A stretch of 64,000 nucleotides of DNA from Simkaniaceae bacterium. Lineage in GTDB: Bacteria; Chlamydiota; Chlamydiia; Chlamydiales; JAJFMI01. Location: the NCBI GenBank assembly GCA_040880145.1, contig JBBDIZ010000027.1, forward strand, positions 1 through 64,000. Direction: 5' to 3'. Of the stretch, positions 9,406 through 18,927 are shown piece after piece; positions within the stretch are counted from its first letter, which is position 1, and each line of letters begins with the position of its first letter. The position numbers and the translations under genes are program-made. The notes beneath the pieces are model-generated. The model ran no database searches. It was not told the DNA's origin and worked only from the letters and a program-made list of their open reading frames with translations.

Positions 9406-10589
9406 GGCCAAACCTTTTCCCCATGTACAATCAATCTCCAAAGAGCTCCGATCATAAAATAAGAGGCTTTCGAAATAATCGCCTTTCTCTCCTCTTTTTC
9501 ACAGCATGGAATCAGCCCCGCTATTGCCGGCATTCCTTGCACTTTGATCGCCCCCCAAACGGTTCCGACAGGTTTACCATCAATGCCTCCTTTCGGCCCT
9601 GCAATTCCACTTGTTGAAATGCCGATATCGCTATTAAATTTCTGCTGAACCCCTTCGGCCATTTCGATCACTGCTTCTCGACTAACCGCGCCATTTTGAC
9701 TTAGTATATTGGAGTGAACATCTAAAAGGTTCATTTTGGCTTTATTAGAGTAAGCAACCACTCCCCCCAGGAAATAGTGAGATGCGTCGCTATTCTCTGT
9801 TAAAATAGACGCAATCTTTCCCCCCGTACAGGATTCTGCAACTGAAAGAGTCTGTTTGCTTTGAATCATTGCACTTTGAAGCGCAGAAGAAGACTTCGAC
9901 TCTTTAAAAAATCGTTTAGGAAAATTTTTCTGAAACTCACTTTCAACATCAAACGCTCTCTTTCCACTAATTCGAATCGCAAGGGATCCCATCGATGGAT
10001 AAAAGCCAAATTGAGCATCAGGAAATTGCGCCTCTGCCTCCCTTGTAAAAGATGAAATTTCCCCTTCACTTGTTAACATCAGGTGAAATTCTGCAACCGT
10101 CTTTTTCGATTGATCTCGATCGAGGTTGTCTAACACGCGTTCAAACATCTCTTCCATCTCTTCGGGAACTCCAGGAAGTGCAACGAGGTTTTGTATCTTA
10201 AATCCTGGTGCTGTACCCACACGATTTAGAAAAGGAGTAGCCCCTCTTGGCAAGAGCGCTTGATCGGGTATCTCTTTTTTATATCGCCTGAATAAATCTT
10301 TAGAAACCGTTTCATTTTTTTCAAGCGGTAGGCTTAAGAAACCGGAGAGAATTTCTTTTGTCTTGTCGTCGCTTGTTGGACCAAGTCCTCCAGTGAGTAA
10401 TATTTGAGCCCCTCGTTTTGTAGCATCATTTAAAGCGGAAAGAAGGGCCTCTTTATCATCTTTGACCGTCGTGATTTGATCAATAGAGAGCCCTCTTTTT
10501 TCACATTCTCGAGCCATAAAGGTGGCGTTTGTATTGACCGTACGACCATTTAATAGTTCATCCCCTATCGAAATTATTTCTAATAACAA
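9402..10589 (-). CDS. cinA: CinA-family protein (MoCF-like domain + NMN deamidase PncC domain)
   Basis: IGDELLNG..NTN, TGGLGPTSDD, LPGVP, AESCTGG, GIAGP. Confidence 0.92.
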   Translation of the reverse strand: MLLEIISIGDELLNGRTVNTNATFMARECEKRGLSIDQITTVKDDKEALLSALNDATKRGAQILLTGGLGPTSDDKTKEILSGFLSLPLEKNETVSKDLFRRYKKEIPDQALLPRGATPFLNRVGTAPGFKIQNLVALPGVPEEMEEMFERVLDNLDRDQSKKTVAEFHLMLTSEGEISSFTREAEAQFPDAQFGFYPSMGSLAIRISGKRAFDVESEFQKNFPKRFFKESKSSSALQSAMIQSKQTLSVAESCTGGKIASILTENSDASHYFLGGVVAYSNKAKMNLLDVHSNILSQNGAVSREAVIEMAEGVQQKFNSDIGISTSGIAGPKGGIDGKPVGTVWGAIKVQGMPAIAGLIPCCEKEERKAIISKASYFMIGALWRLIVHGEKVWP

Positions 10590-11230
10590 ACCTGCACCCC
10601 CTCAAGGCAATCATTAATCCATGGAAACGTTCTTGCATCGATTCGAATGCTTGTCTTAATCGCTTTTCCATCTAAAAGAAACGAGGCGGGACGGGATAGA
10701 GTTCGAATGGCGCGCTTAAAGTCTGAAAAAAGGTCTTTGTTGGTAAAATTTTTTGAACTCAGCTGCTCAACCCTTCCCTCATTTGTTTGATAAATTTGAG
10801 GAAAGGAGAATTGGAGCCCAAAAGCTATAGCCGACTCCCCAAAGGCCATCGGGTGAATTTTATGATCAAGAGGGCTGTAGCTAAATCGATGCATTTGAAT
10901 TTGGATGACAGGTTTTTGCACCCGTACAGCATAAAAACCCGGCTTCACCTCAATTTTAACTAAAGAATTTAAGCTTCTTGTCATAAAGGCAGAGAGGCGC
11001 CCCACATAGGGTCTCTTATTCTTTAGCGCATCGATGTAATCCTGGTATTTTTTTAAATATTCTCTTTTATCATCAAGCGGCTCTTCCTTGATCTCAGAAG
11101 CATTTACGAGATGAAAAGGCTCTAAAAGAGAAAAAAGATCACTTAAGTCCTCAAAGAGCACTTGAACTTTATGCCACTTTGCTCCCTTAAAGGACGAGGC
11201 ATTAGTAGGGAGAGAAACGGGTATATTCAT
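10580..11230 (-). CDS. Hypothetical protein
   Basis: Long ORF packed co-directionally between lspA and cinA; likely start ATG 11230 (ORF track 11311); no recognised motif. Confidence 0.7.
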   Translation of the reverse strand: MNIPVSLPTNASSFKGAKWHKVQVLFEDLSDLFSLLEPFHLVNASEIKEEPLDDKREYLKKYQDYIDALKNKRPYVGRLSAFMTRSLNSLVKIEVKPGFYAVRVQKPVIQIQMHRFSYSPLDHKIHPMAFGESAIAFGLQFSFPQIYQTNEGRVEQLSSKNFTNKDLFSDFKRAIRTLSRPASFLLDGKAIKTSIRIDARTFPWINDCLEGVQVCY

Positions 11231-11738
11231 TGAGTTTGGGAAGAAAGGATTGAAGGATGACAAAAAGAATTCCGATTGAAATAAAAAAATCTGCCACGTT
11301 AAAAATTGCAAAGGGAGAATAACCCCAAAAATTAAAATAAAAAATATCTACCACATAGCCATGCAGTAAGAAATCGACTACATTCCCAACTGCGCCTGAA
11401 AAGATCATAATAAGCGGAAAATCGTGACTGCGTTTTTCATTTTTGAAAAAAATGAAAAGAAAAAGAGAAAGAATTAATAAAAGCCTAAAAACCAAAAGAA
11501 GTTGTGGTTGATGACTAAACAATCCCCATGCCATTCCTTTATTAAAGACCAGGTTGAGTGAGAAATCCATTCCGAAAAAATTCTGAAAAATACCGATTCC
11601 ATCATAAGGGAAAATAGAAGAAGCCCTAGACATTGGACTGATGTATTTGAGAGCCAACCATTTTGATCCCATATCGACCAAAACTATGAAAGAGATTAAA
11701 AATAGCGCTTCAAATAATCGCCACCCCTTGATTTTCAT
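11202..11738 (-). CDS. lspA: Lipoprotein signal peptidase II
   Basis: NKGMAWG, GAVGNVVD, VVDIF, IFNVAD; likely start ATG 11738. Confidence 0.95.
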   Translation of the reverse strand: MKIKGWRLFEALFLISFIVLVDMGSKWLALKYISPMSRASSIFPYDGIGIFQNFFGMDFSLNLVFNKGMAWGLFSHQPQLLLVFRLLLILSLFLFIFFKNEKRSHDFPLIMIFSGAVGNVVDFLLHGYVVDIFYFNFWGYSPFAIFNVADFFISIGILFVILQSFLPKLNEYTRFSPY

Positions 11739-11742
11739 ATAA

Positions 11743-12114
11743 TTAGGAAAGGCCCTTTTCAAATTTTTCCTGCTCGACTGCTGTTCGTGTTGCATAAGGA
11801 ATCGCTTCTAGTCTTTTTATCGGAATCTCGTTTTCAGAGGCATCGCAAGTTCCATAAGTGCCTTCTTCAATCTTTTCAAGGGCTCTATCGATTTGATCTA
11901 AAATCCTCATCTCTTCCGACTGCACATTAATACTGACCATGCGGGTTGCATCATCTGTCGCTTCATCCGCGCTGTGCTGTGAAAACCCTTTGTTCTCTTC
12001 TGGACTACGAACCTCTTGAGAGACTCCTCTGACAACTGACGAGTATTGCTGCTTCATTTCCAGAAGATTTTTTTTAAACTCTTCGATTTTCTTTTTTGGC
12101 AATGCCATATTCAC
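11743..12114 (-). CDS. dksA: DksA/TraR-family transcription factor (single Cys)
   Basis: Coiled coil, then IDRALEKIEEGTYGTC..IPIKRLEAIPYA; nrdR-dksA-lspA order. Confidence 0.9.
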   Translation of the reverse strand: MNMALPKKKIEEFKKNLLEMKQQYSSVVRGVSQEVRSPEENKGFSQHSADEATDDATRMVSINVQSEEMRILDQIDRALEKIEEGTYGTCDASENEIPIKRLEAIPYATRTAVEQEKFEKGLS

Positions 12115-12566
12115 TCCTTCGCAAAAGCAACATTTTTGATTGCTTCAATTAGTTGATCCATATCCTTGAATCTCTTGTAAACGCAGGCAAAGCGAATATA
12201 AGCCACTTGATCAAGTTTTTGGAGTTTTTCCATTACAATCGACCCCAAACTTTTGGTGTCGATCTCTCTCAACCCCTTTTCAGTTAAATCTGCCGATACC
12301 TCTGATGCCAGCTTCAAAATCTGATCACGACTGACCAAAGTATGACGACATGCCGCCTCCAATCCCTTGATCAATTTATCTGTCCTAAAGTCTTCGTAAC
12401 TTTCATCTCTTTTTTTGACTTGAATCGTGAGATCGATCGTCTCGAACGTTGTAAACCTCTTATGACATTGAAAACATTCTCGCCGTCTTCTGATCGCATT
12501 TAGTTCGGCATGATTCCTTGAATCAGTGACCCTCGATTCTTCCTGACCGCAAAAAGGGCACTTCAT
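12111..12566 (-). CDS. nrdR: Transcriptional repressor NrdR
   Basis: MKCPFC, IRRRREC..C..RFTTFE, ATP cone, VAYIRFACVY. Confidence 0.97.
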   Translation of the reverse strand: MKCPFCGQEESRVTDSRNHAELNAIRRRRECFQCHKRFTTFETIDLTIQVKKRDESYEDFRTDKLIKGLEAACRHTLVSRDQILKLASEVSADLTEKGLREIDTKSLGSIVMEKLQKLDQVAYIRFACVYKRFKDMDQLIEAIKNVAFAKE

Positions 12567-12646
12567 TTTTCCTTCCTAAACTTTTTTGCGATCCATCTAC
12601 TCACATCCCGCATAAAGGTGCAAGAAAAACTTGGGCTGAAAAAAAT

Positions 12647-12733
12647 CGGAGGAGGTGGGATTCGAACCCACGGTACGCGTAAACGTACACACGCTTTCCA
12701 AGCGTGCTCCTTCGGCCACTCAGACACTCCTCC
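12647..12733 (-). tRNA. tRNA-Ser(GGA), CCA not encoded
   Basis: Minus strand GGAGGAG acceptor stem, CACGC-TTGGAAA-GCGTG anticodon arm, long variable arm, GGTTCGAATCC T-loop, G discriminator. Confidence 0.97.
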
Positions 12734-12871
12734 AAAACTAATTCTATTGCTCCACTATTTTGGAATTTGAGAAAAATTTTACGACTGAACCCCTATTTTT
12801 GACAAGTTTTTTTCACTAGGCTGTTTTAGAGCTCGCTTTGGATAAAGATAAAGATGCCAAAAATGGCAATT

Positions 12872-12900
12872 TTAACAACCAAATGGCGTTTCGGTATAAT
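12872..12900 (+). promoter_or_regulatory. Putative sigma66/sigma70 promoter of the metal ABC operon
   Basis: TTAACA-17 nt-TATAAT. Confidence 0.55.
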
Positions 12901-12942
12901 TCTCTTTTGTGATAGACTGTAATGCAAAAACCTCCTGATAAT

Positions 12943-13839
12943 ATGAAAGTAAAATTATTTTTGCTGCTTTTGCTTCCGCTACTGTTTATAGGATGCGGAA
13001 AGCAACCCCCTATAAATACCGGAAATACCGGCAAACTCAACGTTCTTGTCAGTATCGCGCCCTATAAAAAATTTGTCGAACGAATTAGTGGTGATTCATT
13101 GAATGTGACCACGCTTCTTCCGAAGAATGCCAATCTTCACACCTTTGAACCCACTCCTAGACTCTCTCAAAATTGGCAAAATGTGGATCTTTGGATTACC
13201 GTTGGCGCTGAATTTGAAAGTCAAATAAAACCTGCCCTCTGTGAAGTCAATCCCAATATGGTTGTTTTAGATTTGAGTAAAAAAATTACTCCGATGCAAA
13301 TGGGCAAAGAGACTCATTCTCTCCTCCCATGCAAACATACCCACACAGAAGATATCCACATGTGGCTTGGCCCCAAAGATGTTCCCGCTCAAATTCGAGT
13401 CATCACAGAGGCCCTTATCCAGCTGGACTCTTCAATGCAAACAATATTTTTAGAAGGCATGAATGCATTAATCGCTGACTTAGAGCGCCTCGATCGCTCG
13501 ATTAGCGTTCGTCTTTTACCCTTTCAAGGATCTGCTTTAATCGTGTCCCACCCCTCTCTCGGCTATTTTTGCAAAGATTATCAACTCAAGCAAATTTCAA
13601 TTGAGTGCGAAGGGAAATCTCCGGCCCCTCAAGATCTGCAAAAAATTTTAAAATCAATCGAAAAAGAAACCGTCCTATGCGTGATTTCTCAAGAAGGCTT
13701 TGACTCGAAAGGAGCCCGCCTGATTAGTGAAAAGCTCTCCCTGCCGCTCATCTCCTTTGACCCCTATGCATACGATTATTTTCTCAATATGGAGACCCTA
13801 TCGACTCAAATTATTTCTAATAAAAGTCCCAAAAAATGA
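12943..13839 (+). CDS. Zn/Mn ABC transporter substrate-binding lipoprotein (ZnuA/TroA cluster)
   Basis: Lipobox FIGC; His ligands in HTFEP, DIHMWLGP, VSHPSLGYF. Confidence 0.9.
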   Translation: MKVKLFLLLLLPLLFIGCGKQPPINTGNTGKLNVLVSIAPYKKFVERISGDSLNVTTLLPKNANLHTFEPTPRLSQNWQNVDLWITVGAEFESQIKPALCEVNPNMVVLDLSKKITPMQMGKETHSLLPCKHTHTEDIHMWLGPKDVPAQIRVITEALIQLDSSMQTIFLEGMNALIADLERLDRSISVRLLPFQGSALIVSHPSLGYFCKDYQLKQISIECEGKSPAPQDLQKILKSIEKETVLCVISQEGFDSKGARLISEKLSLPLISFDPYAYDYFLNMETLSTQIISNKSPKK

Positions 13840-14543
13840 CCCATCCGGAAATGATTCAATGCCGCAACCTCTCTTTCTCTTATGATGAAAAGACCGTTTT
13901 AGAAAAGATCTCTTTGAGTATTCATGAAGGAGAATTCATAGGGCTTATCGGACCGAATGGAGGAGGGAAAACCACTTTTTTAAATCTGCTTATGGGATTT
14001 TTAAAACCACAATCAGGGTCGATGACTATTTTTGATAAAACTCCTGTAAAAATGCGCCGCCTCATTGGCTATGTCCCTCAACACTTAAGTTTTGACAAGC
14101 TCTTTCCCATCACTCTTGAAGAGGTCGTTTTGATGGGCCTGTTAAACGAAACGCCTCTTTTTAAATCCTATAGCCCGTCAGCTTATAAACGTTCCTCTGC
14201 CGTATTAGAACAACTCGATCTTCTACCGCTGAAAAATCGCCTCTTCGGGACGCTTTCCGGCGGCCAGATTCAACGCACTCTTATCGCAAGAGCTCTTGTA
14301 TCAAACCCCTCCCTGCTTCTCTTAGATGAACCCACAGCTTCTGTAGATTTTGAGTCGCAAAAAAAAATCTACGAACTCTTAAGCTTATTAAAAAAGAAAG
14401 TGACCATTCTCATGGTGACTCATCAAGTACAGCCCATTTTAAAACATGTAGACCGCATCCTCTGCGTTCAAAAGCATCTCTCCCCGCTAGATCCCGATGA
14501 AATTTGTAAACATTATGCACTGGGGGTCTATCATGCTGAGTGA
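13836..14543 (+). CDS. Metal ABC transporter ATP-binding protein (ZnuC-like)
   Basis: GPNGGGKTT, GYVPQ, LSGGQ, LLLLDEP, VTH. Confidence 0.93.
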   Translation: MTHPEMIQCRNLSFSYDEKTVLEKISLSIHEGEFIGLIGPNGGGKTTFLNLLMGFLKPQSGSMTIFDKTPVKMRRLIGYVPQHLSFDKLFPITLEEVVLMGLLNETPLFKSYSPSAYKRSSAVLEQLDLLPLKNRLFGTLSGGQIQRTLIARALVSNPSLLLLDEPTASVDFESQKKIYELLSLLKKKVTILMVTHQVQPILKHVDRILCVQKHLSPLDPDEICKHYALGVYHAE

Positions 14544-15360
14544 ATTTTTCCAAAATCCCTTTCTCTTAATGGCTCTTTTCGCCGGCCTTTTAGCCTCAGT
14601 TGCCTCAGGCATTGTAGGCTCTTACGTCGTTGTCAAGCGCATCGTTTTTATCAGCGGCGGGATTTCTCACTCCGTTCTTGGGGGAATGGGGCTTTGCCTC
14701 TACTTGCAGCGGACCTATAATCTTCCTTGGCTAAACCCCATATACGGCGCTCTTCTAACCGCCTTGCTTGCCGCTTATTTAATCGGCTGGATCCACCTGA
14801 ACTATCACCAAAGAGAGGATACTGTCATAGGAGCGCTTTGGGCTTCAGGAATGGCCCTTGGTGTCATTTTTGTCAGCCTAACTCCCGGATACAATGTTGA
14901 ACTAATGAATTTTTTATTTGGAAATATTCTTTGGACCACCCTTCCCGATCTAGTCACACTCCTTGTTTTGGATGCCATTATCATTACAATCGTCCTTCTT
15001 CTTCATACCAAATTTTTGGCCATTTGCTTTGATGAAAAACAATCATTTTTACAAATGCTTCCTGTTCGCCCTCTCTATTTCTTACTTCTCTCTTTAATTG
15101 CAATTACAACCGTCCTATTAATCCAAGTGATTGGTGCCATTTTAGTGATCGCTATGTTGAGCTTGCCCGCCGGGATTGCCGGATCTTTTACAAAACGCCT
15201 CTCCACAATGATGATTCTTGCAACACTGGTTAGCTTTTTCTTCACCTTAATCGGCCTTTTCACCTCTTACATCTTGAATTGGCCGCCAGGCGCTACTATC
15301 TCGCTTACAACAACGCTCGCTTTCTTAATCCACCTCCCTGTAAAAAAATTAGTTGCCTAA
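14533..15360 (+). CDS. Metal ABC transporter permease (ZnuB-like)
   Basis: ISHSVLGG, FLFGNIL, multi-TM; likely start ATG 14533. Confidence 0.92.
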   Translation: MLSEFFQNPFLLMALFAGLLASVASGIVGSYVVVKRIVFISGGISHSVLGGMGLCLYLQRTYNLPWLNPIYGALLTALLAAYLIGWIHLNYHQREDTVIGALWASGMALGVIFVSLTPGYNVELMNFLFGNILWTTLPDLVTLLVLDAIIITIVLLLHTKFLAICFDEKQSFLQMLPVRPLYFLLLSLIAITTVLLIQVIGAILVIAMLSLPAGIAGSFTKRLSTMMILATLVSFFFTLIGLFTSYILNWPPGATISLTTTLAFLIHLPVKKLVA

Positions 15361-15378
15361 AACCCCCTTATTTAGAAA

Positions 15379-15407
15379 TTGACGTATTGTCAGACTTGAC
15401 GTATAAT
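15379..15407 (+). promoter_or_regulatory. Near-consensus sigma66/sigma70 promoter of rplU-rpmA
   Basis: TTGACG-17 nt-TATAAT. Confidence 0.75.
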
Positions 15408-15451
15408 CCTCTCGATAACGTAAACTCGTGCTCAATTCTATCGGAGGAATC

Positions 15452-15763
15452 ATGTACGCAATCATCGAAACCGGTGGCAAACAATACCAAGTCGAAAAAG
15501 ACGACGTGATTGATGTTGAACTATTAAAGACCAACGACAATCAGATCGAGTTTAAGCAAGTTTTATTTTTAAACGATAAAGGACAAACTCTTATCGGAGC
15601 CCCGCACCTTACTGAGATCACCGTCAAAGGTGAGCTTATCTCTGAAGTAAAAGGCCCTAAAGTCATCGCTTTTAAATTTAAAAGACGCAAAAACTATCGC
15701 CGAAAAGTCGGCCATCGCCAAAAATATTCTCGAGTGAAGATCACCGATATTGTTAAAAGTTAA
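15452..15763 (+). CDS. rplU: 50S ribosomal protein L21
   Basis: MYAIIETGGKQY, GHRQKY; GGAGG SD before ATG 15452. Confidence 0.98.
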   Translation: MYAIIETGGKQYQVEKDDVIDVELLKTNDNQIEFKQVLFLNDKGQTLIGAPHLTEITVKGELISEVKGPKVIAFKFKRRKNYRRKVGHRQKYSRVKITDIVKS

Positions 15764-15779
15764 TTTGAGGAGTTAAAGA

Positions 15780-16028
15780 ATGGCTCATAAGAAAGGGCAA
15801 GGATCAACCCGAAATGGACGCGATTCCAATCCCCAATATTTGGGACTAAAAGCAACGCATGGACAGTTTGTTACAGCGGGAAGTATTATTATTCGCCAAA
15901 GAGGCACAAAATACCATCCCTCTAAAAACGTCGGCCGCGGTCGTGACGACACTCTCTTTGCTCTTGTTGATGGCATTGTCTCCTTTCGAAAGACAAATAA
16001 AACATCCGTTTCCATCCTTCCCTCATAA
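15780..16028 (+). CDS. rpmA: 50S ribosomal protein L27
   Basis: [24 protein letters not shown]. Confidence 0.98.
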   Translation: MAHKKGQGSTRNGRDSNPQYLGLKATHGQFVTAGSIIIRQRGTKYHPSKNVGRGRDDTLFALVDGIVSFRKTNKTSVSILPS

Positions 16029-16039
16029 GTAATTGAATC

Positions 16040-16062
16040 GGGGCTTTTCATTAAGCCCCTTT
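16040..16062 (+). terminator. Hairpin between rpmA and obgE, likely a leaky intrinsic terminator
   Basis: GGGGCTT-TTCATT-AAGCCCC followed by TTT. Confidence 0.6.
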
Positions 16063-16075
16063 ATTAAAAAAAAAT

Positions 16076-17071
16076 ATGTTTTTAGATCGTGTCCGATTAA
16101 AACTCATCGCCGGTAAAGGCGGAAATGGAGTGGTTGCCTGGCGTCGCGAAAAGTACATTCCCAAGGGTGGTCCTTGCGGAGGTAATGGCGGTCCTGGAGG
16201 ATCCATCATCTTTAGGAGCGTAGACTCTTTATACTCCCTCGACCCCTATCGAAACCGCCGCCAAGTCAAAGCAGAAAGCGGTGCTCAGGGCGGATCGAAT
16301 CAGCGTCAAGGCCGAAAGGGCGAGGATCTCATCCTCAATGTTCCTTGCGGCACTCTTTTAAAGGACCCGGAAACCGAAGCCATCCTTTTTGACTTTACAG
16401 AGCCTAGTCAAGAATTCAAAGTTTGTGTTGGCGGAAAAGGCGGCCTTGGAAACACCTTTTTCAAGTCCCCTACAAACAGAGCTCCAAGCCGCTCAACCCC
16501 CGGCAAGGAAGGCGAAGTAAAAGCCGTTGAGCTCGAACTAAAACTCATTGCCGATATTGGTTTTGTAGGCCTTCCAAGCGCCGGCAAATCGACGCTCCTT
16601 TCAAATCTCGCTCAAATTGAGCTGAAAACAGGCGCCTACCCCTTTACGACCCTCTCCCCCAACCTCAGTCAAATTGAGTTTGAAGATTATACAAAAATTA
16701 CAATCGCCGATATTCCGGGGATCATCGAAAAGGCTCATCAAAATAAAGGCCTAGGCCTTGAATTTTTACGTCACATCGAACGGACGAAAGTTCTTCTTTT
16801 CATCATCGATATCGCCGATCTTGTTACTGACCCAATTGAAAGCTTTGAAATATTGAAAAATGAACTCAAGACTTACTCGCCCTCTCTTATAGAGAAACCT
16901 CAACTTGTCGCCTTAAATAAGATAGATATTCTTGAGGACCCTGAAGTTCTAGAACGTTTTAAAAAGCAGAATCCTCAAAGCACCCTCTTTTTGATTTCAG
17001 CACTTGAAAAACAAGATCTTGAACCTCTAGTCTATGCTATGAAGTCTCTTGTCCAGACAAGCCAAAAATAA
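16076..17071 (+). CDS. obgE: GTPase ObgE/CgtA (short form without OCT domain)
   Basis: Gly-rich Obg domain, GLPSAGKS, YPFTT, DIPG, NKID. Confidence 0.96.
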   Translation: MFLDRVRLKLIAGKGGNGVVAWRREKYIPKGGPCGGNGGPGGSIIFRSVDSLYSLDPYRNRRQVKAESGAQGGSNQRQGRKGEDLILNVPCGTLLKDPETEAILFDFTEPSQEFKVCVGGKGGLGNTFFKSPTNRAPSRSTPGKEGEVKAVELELKLIADIGFVGLPSAGKSTLLSNLAQIELKTGAYPFTTLSPNLSQIEFEDYTKITIADIPGIIEKAHQNKGLGLEFLRHIERTKVLLFIIDIADLVTDPIESFEILKNELKTYSPSLIEKPQLVALNKIDILEDPEVLERFKKQNPQSTLFLISALEKQDLEPLVYAMKSLVQTSQK

Positions 17072-17075
17072 TCAA

Positions 17076-18038
17076 TCAGTCAGAAAACTTATCATTGTGA
17101 ATAAAGAGCTTATCTTCATCCATAACAGGTAGTAAATGTTTATCTTCTCGTTCAATTAATACCCAATCAGGCGGATAGATATCGGGTAATTGCCCCGGCC
17201 GAAACCGATAAGGAGAGGGCGCCACAACTATTTTCTCCGGATTTGTATTTAAATAGGCCGCCCACCAGCCGAAAGTAGAGTTTCCAATAATATTATGATC
17301 ACAAAGCGTAAGAAGGTAAAAATCATTCACCACACTATCCGAGACAAAAACAATCCGTTTTTCAATCCCCTTTAACATCCGCTTGGTCCACTCCAAGTTA
17401 TCCGTACAAATAACAAATAAAGCCTCATCAGGAAAATGATCCATAGCCTTCTTGATAAAATCAGGGTCAGGAGGAAGAAGTTTTGAATAAAATATTTTAC
17501 AATGAGCACGCCCTTTAAAAAGGTTATCTCTTGGATGTAAATAAGTCCGAATATGAACGCCTACCTTTATCGGTTCTTGAAAAATGGAAGTATATTTTTG
17601 ATTCAAATAAGATTTGATTTTATCACTTGGAGCAAAGAGCTCCAAAAGCTTTTCTCTATGGTGATCGAAGTACTTGTAGGAAAGAAAAAATCCATGTATA
17701 ATTAAATTATCTTGATAGTTTATCGGAACATAAAGAGCTGTTTTGTTGTAAGCCATTTCATGATTCCATGAACTTCGCTTTCCATCTGGAAGCGTTCTTT
17801 TTGGAAATCTCCAAAAGACCTCTGGATATTGATTTCCGGTTTTTAAAGGCAGAATATATTGAGCATCATGGTCTAAAGCGCAACTTAAACCAGCGGAAGC
17901 TTGAAAAAGTTGATTGCCCAGCTGTCCTCTCGGATGATGACTTACAAATGGCTTTTCAGAATCAAAAAGCTCCGATCCCTCGCAAAAAGTTAAGAAACAT
18001 ATAAAAACACTAATAAATAATTTTTCGATTTTCTTCAA
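17076..18038 (-). CDS. GT11 (alpha-1,2-fucosyltransferase-like) glycosyltransferase
   Basis: GQLGNQLFQ, GVHIR, CDHNIIGNSTFGWWAAYL, ..YPPDW. Confidence 0.85.
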   Translation of the reverse strand: MKKIEKLFISVFICFLTFCEGSELFDSEKPFVSHHPRGQLGNQLFQASAGLSCALDHDAQYILPLKTGNQYPEVFWRFPKRTLPDGKRSSWNHEMAYNKTALYVPINYQDNLIIHGFFLSYKYFDHHREKLLELFAPSDKIKSYLNQKYTSIFQEPIKVGVHIRTYLHPRDNLFKGRAHCKIFYSKLLPPDPDFIKKAMDHFPDEALFVICTDNLEWTKRMLKGIEKRIVFVSDSVVNDFYLLTLCDHNIIGNSTFGWWAAYLNTNPEKIVVAPSPYRFRPGQLPDIYPPDWVLIEREDKHLLPVMDEDKLFIHNDKFSD

Positions 18039-18051
18039 AACATCCCTCTAA

Positions 18052-18927
18052 TTAAAAATCAACTCGAATCGGCAACTGTTGATTGATTTTAGATCCTTCC
18101 ATCTCTTTCAAAACCTTGAGTCGATTTCGTTTTTTAATAATCCCTTCTTTGCAAGGACTTACTCGAAAAGCATCTCTCCAGAGCGTTAGAGTGTTACTCG
18201 GAACATCCATAAAGGGTTCATAAAGATCTTTCCGAACCAGAAAAAGATTATTCGTCATACAAATTGGTTCATATCCCATTTTTCTAGCCTCATCGATCGC
18301 AACCTGAACGGGCTGATGGATATTTCTAATTGCGATATCTTCAGGAACTTCTTTAGCAAAAAGAGGATGCCAAAGGAGACCACATTCAATACAGATAACC
18401 TTAGGGCGACACTCTAGACTTTTCAAAATATAAAAATCCGCACCATCAATATCTATGGATAAAAAATCAATTTCTATATCTGGAAAATGCTCTTTTCGAA
18501 TTTGATCAAATAACATCCCTCTTTGGTCTTCTTGATTCCACGTAATAAATTGATTCAGGCACAAAACATTTTCATCTGACTGATAATTTTTTCTTAATTT
18601 TTTGAACGCCTTCTTGCTTGATTCAATGAAACACCCCTTCCACCCCTTTTCAATGAGCCGTCTTATATTAGAAAGCCAAACTCCATCAGCCCCCCCAAAT
18701 TCAACACAATACCCTTCTGAAATATTCAGACGATTAAAAATTTCTTCAATAATCCCATCTTCTCCAAACTGCGAATATTGACAATACCCATATCGATTCA
18801 AACTTTTTGGAGACAACCGATGACAATTATTTTTCAAAGCCTCATCAGTTCCCTCTTTCCATTCAAGTGCAGAAGCAGTTGAAGTGAGAAAAAAAACAGA
18901 TAATATAAAAAATATTTTTATTTTCAC
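18052..18927 (-). CDS. FkbM-like SAM-dependent methyltransferase with signal-like N-terminus
   Basis: YSQFGEDGII, VEFGGADG..SN, GWKGCFIE, DFLSIDIDGAD, PKVICIE; likely start GTG 18927 after GGAG. Confidence 0.75.
   Translation of the reverse strand: MKIKIFFILSVFFLTSTASALEWKEGTDEALKNNCHRLSPKSLNRYGYCQYSQFGEDGIIEEIFNRLNISEGYCVEFGGADGVWLSNIRRLIEKGWKGCFIESSKKAFKKLRKNYQSDENVLCLNQFITWNQEDQRGMLFDQIRKEHFPDIEIDFLSIDIDGADFYILKSLECRPKVICIECGLLWHPLFAKEVPEDIAIRNIHQPVQVAIDEARKMGYEPICMTNNLFLVRKDLYEPFMDVPSNTLTLWRDAFRVSPCKEGIIKKRNRLKVLKEMEGSKINQQLPIRVDF

Noticed and set aside
9402..10589. cinA as evidence of natural competence
   Set aside because: CinA is an NAD-salvage enzyme (pyrophosphatase + NMN deamidase); no competence genes are nearby.
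12600..12830. tRNA-Ser as a possible integration site
   Set aside because: No integrase, no duplicated tRNA 3' end seen, and both flanks are core genes.
12823..12833. GTTTTAGAGCT, matching the start of the type II-A CRISPR repeat
   Set aside because: Only 11 nt, single copy, no spacers and no cas genes in the window.
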